From Pedosphaera sp. (lineage in GTDB: Bacteria; Verrucomicrobiota; Verrucomicrobiia; Limisphaerales; SIBH01): a DNA stretch of 22,290 nucleotides. Within the stretch, counting starts at the first letter, position 1. Each line of letters begins with the position of its first letter. The notes beneath the pieces are model-generated. The model was not told where the DNA came from and searched no databases. It saw only the letters and a list, made by a program, of their open reading frames with translations. Position numbers and translations under genes: made by a program. Of this stretch, positions 16,945 to 22,290 are shown piece by piece. The DNA lies in assembly GCA_031414955.1 (NCBI GenBank), contig JANOQV010000019.1:1-22290 (forward strand), in the 5' to 3' direction.

Positions 16945-18747
16945 TCATCTAGGTTTGATTGCGCCGAAGTATTCGTGGAACACCGGGGCGAGGTTCGTGC
17001 CGTAGGTCTTCCAGTGCGTTGCGGATGGGTAATCCTTTATCCCGGCGATCCAGTTGCAGTTGAACTCATGCACGGCGGCGTCGAGGTGGTAGCGCTCCAG
17101 CCAGCCGTCGCCCAGCGTGCCGGAGTTGCGGAAGGCGGCCTTCGTGCTGCCCTCGGTAAACCAGGTGTGCTTGCGCAACAGCTCTTCCAGCGTCGTCATG
17201 CGTTCGAGATGGCGCGGCAGTTCCGGCCCGGGCGGACGGCTGATGTGCAGCAGACCATGGCCGTCGTTATGCAGTTCCAGCGCGAGGTGCGGCGGTTGTC
17301 CGGCGCGGATCATTCCTTCAAGCCACTGCTCCAGCGCGAAGTTTTCCGGCGCGAGTTGCGGGTCGGAGGGCTTGTCCCAGTTGCGATTCAAATCCTTGCC
17401 TTGAGCGTTGAAACGAGTGCGACCCCGCGCCACGCCATCCTTGTTCGCCATCGGGAGAATGTAGGCGCAGTAACGAGCGAGGAACTTCTTCGCCGTGTCG
17501 TCGTCCGCCAGCAGTCGTTGGATGAATCCCTCGACCACCCAGTTACCGCCCGCCTCCCACGGATGCGCCCGGGCGCGAAGGAATACACGATGCGGCGCGG
17601 CGGGGTTTCCGATGCGGACGATCTCCAGTTCACGTCCTTCGACGGTTTTGCCAATGGGGCTGATCTGCACGAGTGGATTCCTGCGGATGGAGGCCAGCAA
17701 ACGGTCGAGGTCGGAGAGGCGATACGGTTCCACGCGCGCGACGTAGAGGCGCGGGCCGGGCATCTCAATGGTGAGCCGCACCCGGTTGGTCGGCACGTTC
17801 TCCAGCGGGACGGGCTTCCACTCGCGCCCGTCGGTGGAGATGACTGCGGTCTTCAACTCGCGCGCGATGGAGCCGTGCGTGCCGTTCCACACATTGTCGA
17901 GGTTCTTGAATTCCAAAGTGAGCTTCGCGCCCGGCCTGGCTTGCAGCAGGAAATGGAAATGCCCCGCCGCGCGATTGAGTGAGCCGCGCTCGTGGTCGTA
18001 GAGCAGATGAACATCGACCGTCCCGTCCGGCGCGAACTCATACCAGACCGGTGAGGCGTTCTCGAAGCTGGTGTCGATGAACTGAAGGTCGTTGCTGCTG
18101 GCGGCGAAGGCTGCGGCCGCCAACTGGAACATCAGCGTGAGGAACACGGCTAGTCGCGCCCGGCGGGATCGTCCGTCCTGCGTCGACCCTGGCTTCAGTC
18201 GCTTGCCCATGCGCACCACGGGCAAAGTCAGCCCCTCCGACATCGGCAATTCGTATCGCTCCATCACCTCGTAGCCGAACGCGGCGTAGAGCGGTTCACC
18301 CGCCAGCGTGGCGACAAGTTCCGCGCGGTCAAAGCCATGGGCGAGGATCGCCTGCTCGCAAGCCGTCAGGATGGCACGTCCGATGCCACGCCGCGCAAAG
18401 TCTGGATGCACGAAGAACGCGCGGATGCGCGCCGCGTCGCGCGCCGGATCGATGAGTTCATCCTCGCCTGTTCGCCCACGGTCGCCACCGCAGACCGCCT
18501 TGCGTTTGCTCCAGCCACCGCAGGCGATGATGCGCCCCGCGTTCTCCACGAGGAGGTACGTGCCGTCGGCGATCAGTTGATGGTCCACGCCAAAAACCGG
18601 ACCAAGCGCCGCGTCCATTTGCGCCGGTGAGTAATACGGAGCCTGCAAGGCACGGACCGAAAGCGGAATGAGTTCCTCCAAAGCTGGCCCATCATCCGGG
18701 CGAGCCAGTCGCAACGGCCACGCTGTCGGTTCGAGGTCCTCTTTCAT
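16945..18747 (-). CDS. Fusion ORF: GNAT acetyltransferase + signal/TM segment + M14 zinc carboxypeptidase
   Basis: aa 1-184 GNAT (IRAFFVHPDFARRGIG, ATLAGEPLY); RSRRARLAVFLTLMFQLAAAAFA; M14 motifs HPWE, NKDG, R.N.QG.DLNRNW, LELH. Confidence 0.85.
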   Translation of the reverse strand: MKEDLEPTAWPLRLARPDDGPALEELIPLSVRALQAPYYSPAQMDAALGPVFGVDHQLIADGTYLLVENAGRIIACGGWSKRKAVCGGDRGRTGEDELIDPARDAARIRAFFVHPDFARRGIGRAILTACEQAILAHGFDRAELVATLAGEPLYAAFGYEVMERYELPMSEGLTLPVVRMGKRLKPGSTQDGRSRRARLAVFLTLMFQLAAAAFAASSNDLQFIDTSFENASPVWYEFAPDGTVDVHLLYDHERGSLNRAAGHFHFLLQARPGAKLTLEFKNLDNVWNGTHGSIARELKTAVISTDGREWKPVPLENVPTNRVRLTIEMPGPRLYVARVEPYRLSDLDRLLASIRRNPLVQISPIGKTVEGRELEIVRIGNPAAPHRVFLRARAHPWEAGGNWVVEGFIQRLLADDDTAKKFLARYCAYILPMANKDGVARGRTRFNAQGKDLNRNWDKPSDPQLAPENFALEQWLEGMIRAGQPPHLALELHNDGHGLLHISRPPGPELPRHLERMTTLEELLRKHTWFTEGSTKAAFRNSGTLGDGWLERYHLDAAVHEFNCNWIAGIKDYPSATHWKTYGTNLAPVFHEYFGAIKPR

Positions 18748-18781
18748 CGGCTCAATTTATTGAGCAACAGGACCAACACGA

Positions 18782-20038
18782 TCAATCGTGCTGTTTCAGC
18801 GCGGGCAGTTTGTCGGTCAGAGGGATCTCTCCGCGCAACAGTCTTCCACCTGCACCGGTCAGGCGCAGATAGAAGTCGCTGGGCAGTCCTTCGTAGCCCA
18901 CGAACTTCACCTTGCCGGTGTCGGGCGTGTCGTTCGTACATTTGAAGATCGCCGTGGCTTCGTCCACTTCGTCGAACATCGCCACGTAAATCATCTCCGC
19001 GCCGACCCGTTTGGCGGCGGTGAACTGTGACCAGAGGAACTCGCCCTTGCGCCGCGGAATGAAATCGAGCGGGCCGCCTTGCATGTTGTGCCAACTGAAA
19101 CCGGGGAACACGACCGGGAGATAATCCAACCTCCGCTCGCGGCACCACGCGAGGTCGGGCTTGAGCAGTTGCGTCTCGTGCCGGGTGACTTCCGGTTGCG
19201 TCGTGTAGCGCCCCACCGTCCACGGACTGATCACGTCGGCGAGCTTGAGCAGTTCGTGCAGGGCCGGGTCTTTCAAGGAGTCGTTCTTCAGCTCACGCCA
19301 GCAAGTCGGCACTCCCAGCATGACCGTGCAGCCGTCGCTCTTGAGGAACTCGACCAGTTGCCGGCATTCGGCGAGCGTGTAGCGGCGGTTGTCGTTGAAG
19401 CCGATTCCCCACACCGCCACCAACGGTTTCCCACGGTGCTGGAGATACGCTGTGCTCTCGGTCACGCGCTGTTCACTGCGCAGGGTGCGCCAGTCCTTCA
19501 TCACGGACTGAATGCGGTTGGAGCCAAGCCCGCTCAGATCATACATCACCACGAAGGCGCGTCCGGCCTGCTCCGCGCCCGTGCGGCAGTGGGCGAGCAC
19601 CGTGTTGTTGTGGCGAAGCGCGCGCGGGTCGCCCAGGTCGGTGATGAAACGCTGCACGAACGCGCCGTCGATTCCGTAGTCGCGCATCCACTCAAAGTGC
19701 CGCCGCACCGTCGCCTGCTTAAACGAGCTGAAGACCTCGGCCGACCGGCCATTGGTGTGCTTGAAACCGGTGGCGAAGCGCTCCTCGGGGCCGAGTTCCG
19801 AGACATCCGGCCAGAGATCGATCTTGGCGTTGCTTGGTCCGAGCGCACCGCGGCCTTTCGTCCAGTGAACCCAACTTCGTTCCGCGCCATCGCCTTCGCA
19901 GTTGAACCAGCCTTGGTAGCCGCACATCACCTTGCCGGTGAGCGTGGAAGTGTCCACGCGCGCCGCCACCGGCGACGCGGCTCGAAGTGTCGGCAGGAAC
20001 AGGACGACCAGCAATGCCAAGAACCGTCGGGCGCTCAT
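18782..20038 (-). CDS. Secreted glycoside hydrolase, GH71/GH99-like
   Basis: Signal peptide; KVMCGYQGWF, WMRDYGIDG.FVQRF, MYDLSG, SPWTVGRY, PVVFPGFSW.N, YVAMFDEVDEATAIFK. Confidence 0.85.
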   Translation of the reverse strand: MSARRFLALLVVLFLPTLRAASPVAARVDTSTLTGKVMCGYQGWFNCEGDGAERSWVHWTKGRGALGPSNAKIDLWPDVSELGPEERFATGFKHTNGRSAEVFSSFKQATVRRHFEWMRDYGIDGAFVQRFITDLGDPRALRHNNTVLAHCRTGAEQAGRAFVVMYDLSGLGSNRIQSVMKDWRTLRSEQRVTESTAYLQHRGKPLVAVWGIGFNDNRRYTLAECRQLVEFLKSDGCTVMLGVPTCWRELKNDSLKDPALHELLKLADVISPWTVGRYTTQPEVTRHETQLLKPDLAWCRERRLDYLPVVFPGFSWHNMQGGPLDFIPRRKGEFLWSQFTAAKRVGAEMIYVAMFDEVDEATAIFKCTNDTPDTGKVKFVGYEGLPSDFYLRLTGAGGRLLRGEIPLTDKLPALKQHD

Positions 20039-20042
20039 CGGT

Positions 20043-20981
20043 TCAGAAATAACCGGCCTTCTTGCGGTCTTCCATTGCTGCTTCGCTGGCCTTGTCGTCG
20101 GCCCGAGAGCCGCGTTCGGTCACGCGGGCGGCGGCGATTTCGGCTACGATGTCATCGACGCTGTAAACCTGCGACTCGATCATGCCGGTGCTGATCATGT
20201 CCGCGATGGTGCGGACGCGGACGATGAGTTTCTGGACTGAATCCTTGGCCGTGGGGCGCGCGCCGGCGTAAGGGTCGGGCTTGGTCGCATCGGTGTGCGG
20301 CGGCGGCACCGGGATCCATTGACCGCCCTTGCGGAAGCATTCGCGCTCGTGGCTGAAGTAGATGGTCGGGACTTCGAGGTTCTCCTTCTTGATGTATTCC
20401 CACACGTCCATCTCGGTCCAGTTGGAGAGCGGGAAGACGCGCATGTTCTCGCCCTGGTTGAGCCGCGCGTTGTAGAGGTTCCAGATTTCCGGGCGCTGGT
20501 TCTTCGGATCCCACTGGCCAAAGCCGTCGCGGAAACTGAAGAAACGTTCCTTGGCGCGCGCCTTCTCCTCGTCGCGCCGCGCGCCGCCGATGCAGCAATC
20601 AAATTGAAACTCCTCGATGGCCGCGAGCAGGGCCGGGGTCTGCAACTGGTTGCGGCTCACAATGCCGGGCTTGGGCGTGGCAAGTCCGCGCGCGATGACG
20701 TCATCCACGGTGCGGATGAGGAGCTTCGCGCCGAGTTGCTTGGCGCGCCGGTCGCGGAAATCGATCAACTCGGGGAATTCGTGCCCGGTCTCGATGTTGA
20801 GAAACGGCATCGGAATGTCCGACGGGCGGAAGGCCTTCTCGGCGAGCCGCAGCAGGCAGATGGAGTCCTTGCCGCCGGAGAAGAGCAGCACCGGCCGCTC
20901 GAACTCCGCCGCAACCTCGCGCATGACGTGAATCGCTTCGGTTTCGAGATACTGAAGATGGTCAAGATGGTAGCTGCTCAT
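20043..20981 (-). CDS. cysD: Sulfate adenylyltransferase subunit 2
   Basis: PP-loop LFSGGKDS, GGARRDEEKARAKER.FSFR, WDPKNQRPE.W, RVFPLSNWTE, MEDRKKAGYF. Confidence 0.97.
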   Translation of the reverse strand: MSSYHLDHLQYLETEAIHVMREVAAEFERPVLLFSGGKDSICLLRLAEKAFRPSDIPMPFLNIETGHEFPELIDFRDRRAKQLGAKLLIRTVDDVIARGLATPKPGIVSRNQLQTPALLAAIEEFQFDCCIGGARRDEEKARAKERFFSFRDGFGQWDPKNQRPEIWNLYNARLNQGENMRVFPLSNWTEMDVWEYIKKENLEVPTIYFSHERECFRKGGQWIPVPPPHTDATKPDPYAGARPTAKDSVQKLIVRVRTIADMISTGMIESQVYSVDDIVAEIAAARVTERGSRADDKASEAAMEDRKKAGYF

Positions 20982-21008
20982 TTGTACACGAATTATTCGG
21001 AAAAGATT

Positions 21009-21040
21009 TTAGACACGGATTTCACGGATTGACACGGATT
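21009..21040 (+). repeat. Left arm of the 32-bp inverted repeat flanking the GxxExxY gene
   Basis: TTAGACACGGATTTCACGGATTGACACGGATT, three CACGGATT units. Confidence 0.95.
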
Positions 21041-21042
21041 CT

Positions 21043-21417
21043 TCAGAGGACGACGCGCTTCCACTCCAGGGAGTCCGCGCCGAAATTTACGAGCAGGCCG
21101 ACGCGCAATTTGGACGCGGCCAGATAGTTGAGAACCTGCTTCACATGAGAGTCGGTCAGCTTTTCGACGGCCTTGGCCTCGAAGATGATTTTGTCCCAGA
21201 CCACGAAGTCAGCGAAATAGAAGTGTGGGAGAAGAACGCCTTTGTAGCTGATTTCAAATTTCTTCTCGCGCTCGAAGGTGATGGTGCTCCGGCTCAACTC
21301 CACGACCAGCGCATCCTTGTAGATGACTTCATCATGCCCCTTGTCGAGTTCCCGATGAATCTCCATGCAGAGTCCAATGAGCCGGTGCGTCTCCTCGCGA
21401 TAAAGCAGTTCAGCCAT
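21043..21417 (-). CDS. GxxExxY protein (PD-(D/E)XK nuclease superfamily)
   Basis: 124 aa from ATG 21417; GHDEVIY motif, ADFVV...IIFEAKAV, QVLNYL, GLLVNFG. Confidence 0.93.
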   Translation of the reverse strand: MAELLYREETHRLIGLCMEIHRELDKGHDEVIYKDALVVELSRSTITFEREKKFEISYKGVLLPHFYFADFVVWDKIIFEAKAVEKLTDSHVKQVLNYLAASKLRVGLLVNFGADSLEWKRVVL

Positions 21418-21424
21418 GTTTCCT

Positions 21425-21456
21425 AATCCGTGAAAATCCGTGAAATCCGTGTCTAA
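21425..21456 (-). repeat. Right arm of the 32-bp inverted repeat flanking the GxxExxY gene
   Basis: Reverse complement TTAGACACGGATTTCACGGATTTTCACGGATT, 30/32 identical to the left arm; contains the cysH TAG stop. Confidence 0.95.
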
Positions 21457-22118
21457 CTTTTTGCGACCGCCTTGCCTCCCCACGCCGCGTGCAATCCACA
21501 CTCGCGCTTGTCATCCGCCTTCGCGGGGTCGAAGTAATCCCACTCGTTCGGCAGGTGGTGCTGCTTCAAGTAGGCTTCCATCTCCGCGTCGCTCCAGTAA
21601 AAGACCGGGCTGACTTTCAGGGAACCAAAATTTCCGTCGTGCGACACAACGTCGAGTCCGGCGCGATTCGGGTTCTGCACTTTGCGCAGCGCGGTGATCC
21701 AGACGGTGGGCGCGAGTTCCTTCATGCCGCGCTGGAACGGCTCCAGTTTCATCACCGTGCTGAAGGCTTTGATGCGCTCCTCATTCTCCGGCGTTGGCTC
21801 CGGCATTCCGCCGTGAACGGCGTCGTAGTGCGCGGCGGTCAGCTTTGGAATGTAAGCCTGGATGTTCAGCTTGAGCTGCGCCTTGAGCTGCTCGGCGTGC
21901 TTGTAAGTGGCCGCGCGGTTGTAACCGTGATCCACCCAGAGCACCCGGATGTCCGGCTGCACCTGTGTGACGAGATGAAGAATCACCGCTTCGTAAGGGC
22001 GATAATTCGTCGAGACGATGGCGCGGCCGTTCGCCTGTGCGATGGCCCACTTCACGATGTCGAGCGCGGGCTGGTCGCGCAGTTCGGCATTGGCCTGGGT
22101 GATTTGTTCGGGAGTCAT
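21453..22118 (-). CDS. cysH: Phosphoadenosine phosphosulfate (PAPS/APS) reductase
   Basis: WVDHGY, KLEPF, WITALR..Q...R, KVSP.FYW, C-terminal RECGLH; lies upstream of cysD. Confidence 0.92.
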   Translation of the reverse strand: MTPEQITQANAELRDQPALDIVKWAIAQANGRAIVSTNYRPYEAVILHLVTQVQPDIRVLWVDHGYNRAATYKHAEQLKAQLKLNIQAYIPKLTAAHYDAVHGGMPEPTPENEERIKAFSTVMKLEPFQRGMKELAPTVWITALRKVQNPNRAGLDVVSHDGNFGSLKVSPVFYWSDAEMEAYLKQHHLPNEWDYFDPAKADDKRECGLHAAWGGKAVAKS

Positions 22119-22136
22119 TTCGTGTTCAGTAAAAAA

Positions 22137-22289
22137 TCAGTGCTTGGGAAAACTGGATGTGGTCGGGGGCGTTGGCTCGGGACTTTGCAGCAAGTCCACG
22201 AGTCCCCGGTGATACGCGATCACGAGCGCCGCGCCCGCGATGATGAATCCAACCGCCGGCAACGCCAGGCAGGCCGGACCGAAGCGCAT
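22137..22289 (-). CDS. 3' end of a probable membrane protein running off the window
   Basis: Open frame to the edge: MRFGPACLALPAVGFIIAGAALVIAYHRGLVDLLQSPEPTPPTTSSFPKH; TGA lies 18 nt before the cysH start. Confidence 0.55.
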   Translation of the reverse strand: MRFGPACLALPAVGFIIAGAALVIAYHRGLVDLLQSPEPTPPTTSSFPKH

Positions 22290-22290
22290 G

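Noticed and set aside
16760..16952. Two ~61-aa ORFs or a small RNA in the ygfZ-peptidase spacer
   Set aside because: Pro/Gly-rich low-information translations on both strands and no convincing stem or terminator.
18744..18800. Signal-peptide-like string (TARLIVLVLLL) in an alternative frame at the hydrolase/GNAT junction, a possible relic of an interrupted gene
   Set aside because: Too short, has no convincing start codon and could be chance.
20986..21456. CRISPR array or classical IS interpretation of the CACGGATT repeats
   Set aside because: Units are 9-10 nt with no unique spacers and no cas genes; there is no DDE or HUH transposase and no target-site duplication.

Overview
A GC-rich, gene-dense bacterial chromosomal window. 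The gene content suggests Verrucomicrobiota/PVC (inference). Left part: 3' end of a tail-collar-like ORF, a FadL/OmpP1 porin, a REC-HisKA-HATPase hybrid kinase, and a hypothetical-rnc-EamA operon that diverges from a xylose-isomerase-like gene across a highly structured 330-bp spacer. Middle: a complete livK-H-M-G-F ABC operon interrupted by a VapC PIN toxin with an unannotated 52-aa partner ORF and by a heptamer inverted-repeat element, then a PF14100-like secreted protein, a secreted two-repeat beta-rich protein and ygfZ. Right: a GNAT-signal-M14 carboxypeptidase fusion, a GH71/99-like hydrolase and cysH-cysD. The most notable structure is a GxxExxY (PD-(D/E)XK) gene between cysH and cysD, bounded by 32-bp inverted repeats built from tandem CACGGATT units. 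Two ORF-less elements with a similar design (tandem repeats arranged as inverted arms) lie at 8381-8527 and 15452-15570. All calls come from reading motifs by eye; no database searches were run.
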